Below are positions 1 to 12,857 of a stretch of 64,000 bases of DNA, one piece after another. The notes under the pieces were generated by a model. It did not search any database and was not told the DNA's origin. It saw only the letters and a program-made list of their open reading frames with translations. Position 1 is the stretch's first letter; the number at the start of each line of letters is the position of its first letter. The stretch comes from Camelus ferus. Lineage: Eukaryota. Location of the stretch: assembly GCF_009834535.1 (NCBI RefSeq), contig NC_045697.1, positions 47,494,001 to 47,558,000 of the forward strand, read 5' to 3'. A program made the translations under genes and the position numbers.

Positions 1-1250
1 TCAAATGGATTATTTTTCTTCCGGATTTGCAGACGTTCTTCATATATTCTTTGTTATTTTTGGTTACATGTGTTGCAAATATCTTTTTCCAATTTGTAAC
101 TTGTCTGTTTTTTTTGTATTTATGATGTGTTTTGGGGAGCATAAATTTAATTTTACTATAGTCAAGTTTATCAATCTCTTCTTTATAGTTAGTACTTTTT
201 GTTTCTAGTTTAAGAAATTCTTCTCTTGCCCAGTATGATGAAAATATTCACCTATATCCTACAAAGAATTGTAAAATTTTTTACTTGTGACATTTAAGTA
301 CTTGATTTGCTACAGTTAATATCTGTGTAGGGTGGGACATGGCAGTCCAAGTTCTTGTTTTTTTACATATGAATAATAATTTTGTGCAGATCCACGTTTT
401 AAATAGCTCCTCCTGTTTCCACTGATCTGGCTTGATGTATCTGCTTTATTTGACAGTCCCAAGCGTGGGTCTGTTTCTGGACTCTCTAATATATTCCAGG
501 GCTGCACTGCTTTAAATAGCGCAGGTTTTAATGAATCCTGGTACCTGATGGGGCAAGCCCCTGCCCTCCTATCATTCATTTTCAGAATTTTGGCCCTTTT
601 TTTGGTCCTTATATATTGTGGAATCAGCTTATCAAGATCCTTTAAAAGTCCATTGGACTTTTTTTTTTTGACAGATCCTGACTCAGGTTTATTTGTACAA
701 AATAGCACAGGAGGACACCAGCCATGGGCTTTTGATTGGAACTCAAGTGAATGGAAAGATCACATTGCGGGAGAACTGATATCTTTTTGATACTAAATCT
801 TCCTATTCACGAATATGGTTGGTGTATCTTGTTATTTATTTAGTATTTTTTAAAATGTCAATTAAGTATTATAAATTTCCCTATAGATATATTGCCTGGT
901 TTTTGCTAGATTTAGTCCAATGAATATAATTTTTGTGATGTTATTACCAGTGGTAGCATCTTTTTAGTTACATTTACTGGCTATTTTTTGCTTATGTATA
1001 GAAATGCTCTCGTTTTGTTGATCTTCTGTTTGGCCCCTTGGTAAATTCTCCTTTTATTTCTAATACTTTGTCAAGACATTCTTTTGGATTTTCTTTATAG
1101 TCAGTCATAACATCAATTTTCCCTAGAAGTTACACACCTTTTGTTACATTTATTCCTAATATATGTTGTGTAGTATTATTATAGATGGTATCATATTTTG
1201 AATTAATGTATTTTTGGCTGGTGCCTAGAAATTCTATTAGCTAAGATTAA
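1..1250 (-). mobile_element. Old, decayed LINE-1 (ORF2 region), cut by the window edge
   Basis: T-rich sequence resembling antisense L1 ORF2 (ttgcaaatatctttttccaatttgtaacttgtct; tcttcctattcacgaatatgg); no intact frame. Confidence 0.75.
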
Positions 1251-1254
1251 TCTT

Positions 1255-1380
1255 AACCTCCCCATACTACAAATGAGGAAATGGAGCCCTAGAGAGTTAA
1301 GTAACTTGTCAGGGGTTATTACACCAGTAAAAGTGGTGAGCTTGAATTAAAACTCGTTCATTCTAACCACAAAACCCTAC
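1255..1380 (-). mobile_element. MIR SINE relic
   Basis: Reverse MIR core: tacaaatgaggaaatggagccctagagagttaagtaacttgtc. Confidence 0.75.
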
Positions 1381-3139
1381 CATCCCTCCCCTACTTGTTG
1401 ACTTGCAGTACAGAGCAAACGGTGGATAGAAAGCCACCATTAAGAAGCAAATCACACAGAACCCCACTTTTGCCTTTTGTCTCTCCTGACATCATTATCA
1501 CCTTCTTGGAGTTAATGATACTCTAATTAAGAACAAGCTCACCTGCTCCTATCCCTTATATTCTGCTCCATTTATGACCAGAATTTCAGACGGCTTTTCC
1601 AACCTTTCCAAATGTTCGTTGCAAACTCACTAACTATGCATATCTAGAAAAAATTTCCCCATAACACGAAGTACAACAGATTCTTCTACAATCCTCAGAG
1701 AAAGTTAGTATATAACTTAGCTTAGTATTTAAAATATGCTTCGCTTTCAACGGGATAGAATACTTCTTTTCGAGCCTTTGCGCTCTGGTGGGTAAATCAC
1801 ATTCAATCAATTTCTGAAAATATATGTTCAGTTGCCAATGGGCTTGCATTTTGATCTGCAGCTTATAATACGCATTTAATGGGAAGGAATCGCTCCTGGA
1901 ATCCTATTCTGGTCTGTCAAACATTTTCCAAGCCTTAGTGATCTATTGATTAAATCTGTATTCATCCATTTTTATGAATTTGTGTTTCATAAGATTCAAA
2001 AGACTATATAACCTATGGGAAGAATCACTTGTCAATTAAAAAAAAAAACAACAAAATCAAAGTTGTTCTGAAACTATACTAGACCCAGGAGAAGTATTAG
2101 GGTGGAATGCAGTTTCCCATAACTTAAGAAAAGACAATTTTAGGGGGATATCTGTGCAAAAGCAATTGAAGCAATTGTTCCCAGGCCAATGCTTTATCTT
2201 CCATCTACTATTCAGGACCAGATTTTATAGCCAGACTCTTCAGCCCAGAAAAGGATTACTTAAAACTATATAGTGGGTTTTTTTTTTTTTAAGAAAGGCC
2301 AGTTTATTGGTTAAAATTTTAAAATTAGCAAAGGAAAAATTCAATACTAAGAATGATACCATCTAGACAATCATTCTTATTTTCAAGGTGTTTGTCAAAA
2401 CGACCTATTATTTTTACACAGAGAGTTCATATCTGTTTACAACATACATAAATGAAAAATAAAATTAATTTCCTCATTATCCTTAGCTCCAGAGGTAAAG
2501 TCAAAGAAAGAAGATGAGTTTAATTACCCAAGATCACTTATCAAATTAGGGCCAGATTGGGGATTGAAAAAAACAAACCAGAGTTCCTGAATCTACACTT
2601 GTTCCCTAACCACACTGCCTCTCTTGAGGCATGGGATGGGGGGTGACACAGCATCTTGCCAAAGGACTATGCCAGCATTCTGTCTAGAGCTGGACCTGAG
2701 ATGACAGCTGGTGAAAAGTGTGCTTTCTCTCAGAAAAAGTGGGCCATGAAATACCATTACCTATTAGTCATTGACCAGGTAAGTTCTTCAAAAATTCTCT
2801 TTCCCTAAAATTCCCATTTGAAATATGGACGGAGCTTAAAATAGGAGGACTTGGGCTTTTTTTGAGATTGGCACTGTTTCCTGTTGACAGTCACCTACCC
2901 CTACACATACTCATTGTGTTTTCATCAACATTCTGCTCATTAACTCTGTTAATGAGACACTGGAGCAGCTGGAATAAAGAGTGTAACTCTTTCCCAAGAG
3001 TAGAACTATAGTGAAGCTGAGAAAAATGTTACTTATATGGCTGTATACTTAATGGCCCAAGTATTCAGCCATGGCATTGCTTTCCGGTCAGCCCTGACAG
3101 AGGGGGCGGTGGACAGAAAGACAAACGTTAAGAACTTAC

Positions 3140-3387
3140 AGTGTAAGCAAGATGTGCCCTAGTGATGATAGCTGTGCTTTGACTAGCGACGGTCAGGCTC
3201 AGAGAGGCACCAGCAGCCAGCCGAGGCCCTCGGACCTCGGGTGGCGACACCTCCACTCTCACGTCCACTGTTGTCGTGGAGATGCCATCTGTAACTGAGA
3301 TCTCCAGGCTGTCCTCCCAGGCAGAGGAGCCATCATGCAGATACTGCAGAACGTTTTTCTCAATATCCTCATACGTGAAAGTGTCAC
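3140..3387 (-). CDS. FRAS1: FRAS1 coding exon, 248 nt, phase 1-0
   Basis: ttgaaag|GTGACACT...TACACT|gtaagt; encodes GDTFTYEDIEKNVLQYLHDGSSAWEDSLEISVTDGISTTTVDVRVEVSPPEVRGPRLAAGASLSLTVASQSTAIITRAHLAYT. Confidence 0.96.
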
Positions 3388-3489
3388 CTTTCAAGAATAA
3401 AACAAATCACAGAAAACCATTACCTCTGGGAATAAAGCTTTTCATTTACATAACACCTTTGTTCTCAGGATTTCAAAGTATATATATCA

Positions 3490-3770
3490 TAAACTCTGGG
3501 AGTTGTAAGCCAATTAGTCCAACCACCCACCCAGGACAGGATTCCCTTTCCACTAGAAAAAGGGTTATCTAGCCTGTCCTTCAACACATCTCAAGGTGGA
3601 AGTCTCACTGTTTTACAAGGGAGCTAATTCCACTGGAGATAGCTGTACATTTTTTTTTTTAAAGTTCTTAATCATACTGAGTCAAAATCTGCCTCTCTAA
3701 GATCCATTCATCACTTAGTTCTACAGAATAAAGGACATGCTTCTATTCTTTATGTTAGCCCTTCCAGAAT
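3490..3770. mobile_element. L3/CR1-like ancient LINE fragment
   Basis: tctagcctgtccttcaacacatctc...ctcactg...aaagttcttaatcatactgagtcaaaatctgcctctc resembles the L3 3' region as I recall it; orientation not assigned. Confidence 0.55.
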
Positions 3771-4429
3771 CTAATCTTAATACTGAAAATTTATTGATAA
3801 AGTTAAGAAAGTAAATTATGCTAGATAAACCTGTAAGAGTTCTTTGTTTTAACTGTAAGTACAATGTTTTCTTTTTTAAATGAAAAAAAATTTAAAAATT
3901 GAAAATTTGTCATTAGAAACCCAGCCTGTGTAAGCCTAGAGCACTAATTTGTGACCCACCTGATAGGTATAGTGTGAAAAAAGTTTCAAAGTCATAAATG
4001 TTTAAGAAAAACAGGTTTAAACAAAACTTTAAAAAATTTTAAATAGCAGGATTTATTAAAATTCTAGACTCTTTAATATACAATATTAAAGCTTCCCAAA
4101 TTGTTTGGTCATGGAACCTTTTTTATGAGAAATGCTTCTTAGTGATTCCATGAGCACAGTTAAGAACTGGTGTTCTTAGAGGCCCTACTGCCTCATGGAT
4201 TATTGACTCTCATAACTGAAGTTATATAATAAAACCAAAGAATTTGTTCATTCTTTTTATTCATCTTCTAAGCCTTCTCCTTCAACACTGTGTTACTGTG
4301 AATTACTGGTGTTAGTGGTATTGTACCTAAAAGAAGAAATAAACTAATATTTTATAAACATCTTTAGAACATATATATTAATTACACAAATATAAGTTAA
4401 CTATAATGTTAAACAAACTGGGCCATGAC

Positions 4430-4760
4430 TGTTACGCTCCTAATATAGTTCCCTTAGGATGCCAGGAATCTATCTTAACGATACTTCCTTTGTTCAGTAA
4501 ATTTTTAAAAATATGCCTTTGTGACTCCCAAGTGCCTATTTGTTGCTCTTATAAATTCAAGGCACCTTCAAGGTCAAAGATTTGATACTCTCCCTCTGTA
4601 GGAATATTCAGAAGAATGTATTATTCCACGCCTATTAGGAATTATATAAAGGTTTTGAGAAAGTACAGATTGTCAGAATAAGTATATAGCATCCCAGGGT
4701 GACTACTTTGAAAGGGCTAATATTCATTTTGATATATAAGGGCTGACTATTAAAATTTAG
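4430..4760 (+). mobile_element. Mariner-type (MARNA-like) DNA transposon relic
   Basis: Frame-shifted remnants QGQRFDT, NIQKNV and NKYIASQGDYFE (4677-4712) match the mariner transposase C-terminus (..KCIASQGDYFE). Confidence 0.7.
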
Positions 4761-5301
4761 ATCTTGTTGTGTTCTTGTGCTCTTCTGTACTTCCTAAACA
4801 ATCAGCATGTATTCTTTTTTATAATCAGAGAAGGAAAAATAAATATTATTTGGAAAGCTGGTCACATTACCATCCTTTTTTAATGGATGAAGAGACATGT
4901 AGTTTACACTACAAGTCAGAGTCCCAGTGCTGAAAATATTGTGAAGATTCACACACCGAAGTAAGGAAGACAAATTTATCTCCATGAACAAACCATGGGA
5001 AAGTCGGAGCACACAACTCATTTGAGGTTGTTCTAAATGTATTTACTCCAGATTTCAGAAATCAACTGGTTTTACCTACAACTTGAGGACATAGCTTCCT
5101 GCTTTGGGGTGTGGGTGGTGGGGGTGCAGAGAAAGACATCCCAAGTATTTCAGCCAATGGACTAAACACACTAAAGGTTTTTCCTAAGTATCTCCTTATA
5201 GTTTGTCCCACGATGTTGCTTTATGTCCTGTCTGAGACACATAAAACTGACGGTAGAGCAAGAAATCCTCTAAGCAAGCCAATGACAGAGTGAGCCGCTA
5301 C

Positions 5302-5427
5302 CTGCAGCCATGGGTCCTGGGAACCCAGCTGTGTACTTAAGGAGCACGCCATGCTGTGGAGGTGTGCGAAGCTCAAAGAGGAGTTCTTCAGGTGCTGTCT
5401 CGGTATCTCTTACTACCAACTGGAGTC
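5302..5427 (-). CDS. FRAS1: FRAS1 coding exon, 126 nt, phase 1-1 (absent from the ORF track on this strand)
   Basis: actgcag|GACTCCAG...GCTGCAG|gtagcg; encodes GLQLVVRDTETAPEELLFELRTPPQHGVLLKYTAGFPGPMAA. Confidence 0.96.
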
Positions 5428-6528
5428 CTGCAGTCAGCAGAAAAAAGCATGGTGAGAAGGTGTGTACATTAAAACCTCTACACTATGTGTACATTAAAGG
5501 CACAGGCCGGGCTGGAAGCCATGTTGTGGGTAATCTGATGGATATAAGAAAGCACCAATTGATTCGAATCAACCACAAAAGAGTGAAAACTTGATGATAT
5601 AGTCAATTCCCAAATTACAAGTAGGATCTTCCAAAAGTTAACTTACTAGCAGGTAGTTCTAACTTTAGAACATCTTTTTTTATTTCATACAGATGAAGAA
5701 ATGGAAGCCCACAAAAAGGTCAGTCCTGACTGACCAAGTAAGTTTTCTTCCAGAAAATACTCCCAGAAATTGTTTTTGTTTTTCATTGTTTCTTCCCTTC
5801 TTCTTTCTCTGAATTTACAGAAGAGCTAAGTTATCTTAACAACGGCTGCTCTGACTGTTGCTGACGTGAGCAGGAGTAGGGCAAACAGACAGTCATCTTT
5901 GCATATGTGGCTTGTTTATAAGTTGGATGATAAGTAATTTTAGACCAATACCCATATGTAGAAACTGGATATGGCTCTGTAGAGCTCACCTTACAAAAAT
6001 CACAGTATCCACTGTTTGCTCTTAAGATGTTCTTGGTAAAAGAATCAACTTCTAACGAGTAAGTATACTAATAGGTAAATAAAATCACATACAAAATACT
6101 TGGGCCAACTCTAACTCCTCACAGCTTTTGAAGGTGACTGTAATCTGTCATTCCCATTACTCTTTACTTTCTAAACAGAAAACAAGAGCAGTCATTGAAA
6201 CCACTCCCCCTCCCCTTTCTCCTCTCTGCTCTCTGTTACTTTATATTTTACTGACGGCAACAAATCAAACTCCTGGAGGCTGGAAAATAAATTTGGGGTT
6301 GTAGCCCATCACTGAGCATTGGCCTCTGAAGGGTTGACTTCCCTCTTTCTGCGCTGCTTCTATTTGCATGGAGCTGGGCAGAGGGAAGGCTATGGATGAG
6401 AACGCGTACAACCTCGGGAAGAGGAGGTCACTACTTCTTGGTAACCATGAACAGGTTTAAACAGGGACTGTTGCTGAAATGTGGTTCCATTTCCAAAGCT
6501 CCGTTTCTCTCAGGTTCCCAGTTCTCAC

Positions 6529-6660
6529 CTATAGCAGTGCTGCCTCCTGGGCTGACCTTGAGCAGTGGAGCTGTGACCTGCAACACCGGCGGGTGCTGGT
6601 CAGTGGGAAGCAGGTGAATGGTGAGGGCCATCTCTGGACTTGTGTGCTCTCCATCTGAAA
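6529..6660 (-). CDS. FRAS1: FRAS1 coding exon, 132 nt, phase 1-1
   Basis: gttctag|TTTCAGAT...GCTATAG|gtgaga; encodes VSDGEHTSPEMALTIHLLPTDQHPPVLQVTAPLLKVSPGGSTAI. Confidence 0.96.
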   Translation of the reverse strand, partial: FQMESTQVQRWPSPFTCFPLTSTRRCCRSQLHCSRSAQEAALL

Positions 6661-6671
6661 CTAGAACAGAT

Positions 6672-6690
6672 ACACACACACACACACACA
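6672..6690 (+). repeat. (AC)9A microsatellite, read as (TG)9T in the FRAS1 acceptor tract
   Basis: acacacacacacacacaca, 10 nt from the acceptor AG at 6661-6662. Confidence 0.95.
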
Positions 6691-8616
6691 TATCAACTTG
6701 TAGTCTAGGCTAGTTCTATAAATATGTAGCCAGAGGCTTTTTTAGATTACCATAACACTTTGAAGAGATGCTTATAAATGGAAAAAGTAAGCAAGCAAGC
6801 AAGATACTGCGAGCTATTCTACAAAGCTTATTCTACTGAATAACAAACAGGCTAAAGGATCATAACAACAAAGTCGTTCTAAGAAGCACGTTTCACAACG
6901 AGGTGATATTGATAAATGTTAGTGGGAAGGAAAGTAATACAAAATATGCACTCTCAGACGAAGCTGGTGAAAGTTTTTATTTATGGAATTATTTTAGATT
7001 CAATTCATTCTTCCAATGTTCCAATATTTTTTTCAAGAAATCTCTTTTAGGAATGACATGTCTATGTCTCAACAGAAAATAATTTTTAAAAGGGAAAGAA
7101 AATGTCTATACAAATATCTCTAATGGCATTTGTTTGGAAGTGAGCCAGACCCATTTTTACCTGGCCATGATGCACATGCAATAAATGGAATATGCATTTG
7201 TAAACAAAACAGTGACCTTAAGATTTTATTCCCTTGGATTATCCCTTGGACATCAAAGTGAACACCGATTGCCAGAGGGAAATGAAAGCAGAAATGACAG
7301 ACCCTTGATTCTCGCTTCCACTTTCTCATTCCTTAACACACCATCCTTTCTCTAAAAGCCAGGTTTGGAGGAGCACCTGCACCACATCCATCCATGTGTC
7401 TATCTGTAGTGCCTACTGTGAAAACTGCCTTCTTGATTATTTTAAATATGTGGGATGCTTATATATGGGTTGGTTATAAGAAATCAGTTTCCTTCTCTTT
7501 CTTCTGGACTTAGTAACAAGTCAGTAGGAATCTGACCTCTACTTCAGCCAAATAAAGCTTTTCTTAGTGACTTCTGGTAATGATTCCATACAGGTTTTAG
7601 ATTTGTCTTTTTCTTGAGGACAGATCTAAAAGATAAGGCTGGATTTTATAAGGTATACACCACGTCCTAGAGAAGTCCAGAAATAGCCCTACTGAAGAAG
7701 AGAAGACATTATCCTTGTGAGGAGGAGGGTTTTATGGCTCTGGTCATTCAGTCAATGTCAAAGTCATTGCATCTGCTTCTTTGAGCTCAATCACTTGTGC
7801 TCATCAGAGACAGGGACTAACGATGCTGAACTTTTGCGAGTTTGAGGACAAACATACAAATTTTCCATAAATTTCAGTGGATTCAGGATTCTCTGAAGTC
7901 CCTGGAATCTAACTTAAGAACTCCCCTTGATAAACTTTTTTTAAAAATTGCAAAATATAATTTTAATTTTTTATGTTTTACATTGATTTTGTTTTTAAGT
8001 TGGGGGGAGGCCCTCAGTGGGCCTTCATTATCCGAACTTCACCACAGAGGAGAGGAAAGGCTCTAAAACTTTAAAAGCTTTGGTCATATCACACAGCTGT
8101 CAGTGTGACCAAGGGGTAGCCTTGCCTCTACAGTAAAGGGAGGAAAGCTATTTTCTGGTACATATTACACAACAGTAAAATAGACCATGCGGGTGCAAGG
8201 CTTTGCAAGCAAACATGAAAACTTACAATTAAAATGTTAGCAATTCCATGTCTAGCCCTCTCTTTAAGCAACGTTTCTGACGCCTCTGAGAAACAGTCAG
8301 ACTGCCTCCTTGGTCAGATGCCTCCCACAGGCACCATTCACCTCGTGTGTCTTCCCTGCTCTGCATGGTTCTGTAGAGCGCCTGTGCTTGTCTGGAAGCA
8401 TCCAGGTCAGGAGTATCAGCTTTCATTCTCAGCTTAACTGATCAGCCAAATGAGCTGTTCTCTCTCATTCTATGGGTTAACACCAGGGCTTGGGTTTCTT
8501 GCTGCCTTAGTTCACTATGTGTCCAAGTTAAATTTCTCTCTCACAAAAGTCTCTTGAAGAAGATGACTTCTTTCCTACCAGATTCCAAAAGGTTTTCTCC
8601 TTAATTAAAAAGGAAC

Positions 8617-9968
8617 ATCTTACACATTTCACAACAATTAACTCAAAATGGATCATAGACCTAAATGCAAAACACAAAACTACAAAATTCTTAGACGATA
8701 ACATAGGAAAAAACCTAGATGACCTTGGTTTGGTGATGCCTTTTTAGATACAAAACCAAAGAAATAATTGATAAGCTGGATTTCATTAAAATTTAAAACT
8801 TCTGCTCTGTGAAAGACAGTGTCAAGAGTATGAGAAGACAAGCCATAGACTGGGTGAAAATATTTGCAAAAGACACATCTGACTAAGGACTGTTATCCAA
8901 AATGTACAAAGACCTCTTAACAGCTAACAGTAAGAAACAAACAACCTGATTAAAAAATAGGCTGAAGACCTTAATGGATGCTGCACCAAAGAAGACACAA
9001 ACGGCAAATAAGCATGTGAAAAATATGCTCGTCATCATATGTCAGCATGGAAACGCAAAGTAAAACAACAGTAGGATCCCACCATGCACTAATTAGAATG
9101 GGCAGAATTTGGAACACTGACAACACCAAGTGCTTGTGAGGATATAGCCCAAAAGGAACTCTCATATATTGCTAGTCGGAATGCAAAATGGTACAGCCAC
9201 TTTGGAAGACAGTTTGGCTGTTTCTTATAAAGCTAAACATACTCCTACCATATATAAGATTAGCAATTGGAATCCTTGGTATTTCCCAAAGGAGCTGAAA
9301 ACTTATGTCTGCACAGAAATCTGCACACAGATGTTTATAGCAGTTTTATCCATAATTGCCAAAACTTGGAAGCAACCAAGATGTCCTACAGCAAGTGAAT
9401 TGATAAACTATGGTACAGCTGGACAATGGAATATTATACAGCACTAAAAAATAAATGAGCTACCAAACCATGAAAAGACACAGAGGAATCTTAAAAGCAT
9501 ATTACTAAGTAAAGAAAGCTAAGTGAAAAGGCTACATGCTGTATAATTCCAACTATATGATATTCTGAAAAGGGCAAAACTATGGAAGACAATAAAAAGA
9601 ATAGTGGTTGCCAAAGGTGGGAGGTAGGAGTGGGGAGAGGTAAATAGGCAGAGCACAAAGGACTTTCAGGGCAGTGAAAATACTCTGTATGATATGATAA
9701 TGATGGATAAATGTCATACTTTGGTCTAACCTCATAGAATATACAGCACTAAGAGTGAACTCTAGAGTAAACTGGACTTTGGGAGATTAGGATGTGTCAA
9801 TATAAGTCCATCCTTGGTTTAGAAAAAATGTATCATTCTAGTGGGTGATGTTGATAATTGGAGAGGCTATGCTATGCATGTGTCTATATACCTTCCTCTC
9901 AATTTTGTTGTAAAACTAACACCACTCTAAAAAAATTAAAATAATTTTTTTAAAATCACTGAACAATA
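8617..9968 (+). mobile_element. 5'-truncated old LINE-1 (L1MC-like): ORF2 3' end plus 3' UTR
   Basis: aactcaaaatggatcatagacctaaat; ORF remnant CTQMFIAVLSIIAKTWKQPRCP; candidate TSD AAAAAGGAAC at 8607-8616 and 9969-9978. Confidence 0.9.
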
Positions 9969-10204
9969 AAAAAGGAACCTCAGGCAGAAACAAGATAAAT
10001 TAATTTAAGGTCAGCCCAATGTCCATTTACTTTACTCTGTATAATAGGTTCATGGATGATTTAACTTAAAGTCCTGGAGAAGTTAATAGATAACCCCTTT
10101 ACCTATTCAAGCTTTCAGGTAAGTGCTGAGGCTTGGAAACCAAACTGGTATACTACCATGATGCTTGTTTTTCATGAGTAGAACACATACAGACCAGACT
10201 AAAC

Positions 10205-10430
10205 TAAATATCCCATACTCAGAGTCAGAAACTTGTACTAAAATCCTGATTCTACTGTTTACCAGATATGGAAACCTGGGTAGATTACTATTCTAATGAT
10301 CCTTTGTTTCCTTAGCTTTAAAATGCTAAAATAAAACCTGTCCTTACGACATTGTTATAAGGATTAAATAAGACAACTTATATTGTAAATTGTTTTGTAA
10401 AATGTAAACTGTTATAATCTGTTGTACAGT
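10205..10430 (+). mobile_element. MIR SINE relic
   Basis: aatcctgattctactgtttaccag...ttgttataaggattaaataagac. Confidence 0.65.
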
Positions 10431-10494
10431 ATTACTGACGTATGATTTATCTAGAAGTTTATCACTAGAAATGAGCTGATACTGGGTTCTTTTC

Positions 10495-12385
10495 AACAAT
10501 AGCACAACACCAGAAAAAGAAATAAAAGGCATCAAAATCAGAAAGAAAGGAAGAAGAAAAACTGTCACTATTTGTAGACGACATGGTATCATATATAGAA
10601 AACCCTAAAGATTCCACCAAAAACCCAGGAGATCTAATAACTGAATTCAGTAAACCTGCAGGATACAAAATCAATACACAAAAATCAGTTGCATTTCTAA
10701 ACACTAATAACAAGCTATTAGAAAAATTATGAAAATAATCTCATTGACAATTGCATTAAAAAGAATAAAATACCTAGGGATAAATTTAACACAGGAAGTG
10801 AAAGATCTGTATGATGAAAACTATAGGACATTGATGAAAGAAATTGAAGACACAAATAAATGAAAAGCTATTCCATGCTTGAAGAATTAGAAGAATTAAT
10901 ATTGTCAAAATGTCCATACTGCTCAACGCAATCTACAGATTCAATGCAATCTCTATGAAAATTTCAATAGCATTTTTTCACAGAAATACAACAAATAATC
11001 CTAAAATTTTTATGGAACAATGAAAAGCTCCAAATAGCCAAAGCAATCTGGAGAAAGAAGAACAAGCCGGAGGCATCATGCATCCTGGTTTCAAACTATA
11101 TTACAAAGCTATAATAATCAAAACAGTATGGTACTGGTATAAAACTGATCTATAGATCAAAGGAATACATATATATAGAGAGAGCCTATAATATATATAC
11201 AAATATAAGGTCAATTAATTTATGACAAAAGAACAAAGAATATAAAATGGAGACAGGACAATCTTCAATAACTGGTGTCAAGAGAAACTGGACAGCCATG
11301 TTCAATAGAAGGAAACTGGACCACTATCTTACAATATACATAGAAATTAACTCAAAATGGATTAAAGACTTAAACATAAGACCTGAAGCTATAAAACTCC
11401 TAGAAGAAAACATAGGTGATAATCTCCTTGACATCAGCCTTGGCAATGATTTTTTAAAATTTGACAACAAAAACAAAAATAAACAAGTTGGACTACATCC
11501 TATTTGCATAGCAAAGGGAAAATCTTCTGCATATCAAAGAAAACCATCAACAAAAAGAAAAAGCAACCTACAGAATGGGAGAAAATATTTGCGAATCGTG
11601 TATCTGATGAGGGGTTAATACTATATATATAAAGAACTCATACAACTCAATAGCAAAGAATCCCACAAACAATCTGATTAAAAATGGACAGAGAATATGA
11701 ATTGACATTTTTCCAAAGAAGATATACAGATGGCCAACAGGTACATGAAAAGGTTCTCACATCACTGATCTTCAGGAAAATGCAAATCAAAACCACAATG
11801 AGATATCATGCCACACCTCTTAGAATGGCTAATAACAAAAAGACAAAAGATAGGTAGTGTTGTGAGGGTGTGAGGAAAAGGTAACCTTTTTACACTGTTA
11901 GTGGGAATGTAAATTGGTGAGGCCACTATGGAAAACAGTATGAAGGTTCCCCTCAAAGTTAAAACTAGAACTACTATATGATCTAGCAATCCCACTTCTG
12001 GGGTGTATATCCAAGTAAAATGAAATCAGTGTCTCAAAGAGAGAGCTGCACTCCGTGTTTATTGCAGCATTATTCACGCTAGCCAAGATTAGTATCCATT
12101 GGTGGATGAATGGATAACTGAAACATGAAGATATAATGTACAGCATGGTGACTATAGTTAATAATTCTGTGCTGCATATTTGAAAGTTGCTGAGAGAGCG
12201 ATTGTAAAAGTTTTACCACAGGAAGAAAAATTTTGTTACTATACACATGACAGATGTCAAGTAGACTTATTGTGGTGATCATTTTGCAATGAATACAAAT
12301 ATTTACTCACTGTGTTGTACACCTGAAACGAATGCAATGTTACATATCAATTATACCTCAATTAAAAAATAAAAAGGAAAAAAAC
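10495..12385 (+). mobile_element. 5'-truncated LINE-1 (RT to 3' UTR and A tail), decayed, with an internal deletion near 12090-12130
   Basis: RT motif remnant [19 protein letters not shown] from 10562; [24 protein letters not shown]; typical 3' end ..gtacacctgaaac..caattatacctcaattaaaaaa. Confidence 0.93.
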
Positions 12386-12857
12386 AACACAATTCTAAAA
12401 TTTTCTGTTGATTCAAGTGTGATTTTTTAACCCTCATAGGAGGACTATCTGGGAGTTTCAGAGAGGTGAATCTCTCCCATCAAGATTTCTATCTATATGA
12501 AACACAATAGGACATCCTGATGGTTGTTTCTAATGGAATAGTCAATCCCAACTAAACAGCTATTTAAGGATGCCGTTTATGGTCAACCATCCTCACTCTA
12601 GACCTAAACAAAGAATCTTGCCTCTATTTTGCACCAGCATAGATGTCAGGTCTGATTCTGCTTTTGCTTACTGGCACTCAGCTTTTACTGTACTGTGAAC
12701 TAAAACCAGAACGCTGAGGTCTTCTACACACAGCTATCACAACTCACTCTCTGGGTCACAACACTTCCCTTCCAGTAGCGAGGTATCCAATGAAAGGCTC
12801 TATTCAATGCTATATACAACAACAATTCATTAGTTGAGTGTCACCCAGGGATGATTA

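Noticed and set aside
3090..3112. CTCF-like AGGGGGC cores (also near 19145, 45607, 56106) and ctacaaggtggctc near 44557
   Set aside because: Only part of the motif matches, and the 5' CCASY portion is poor. Not supportable without a PWM scan or ChIP data.
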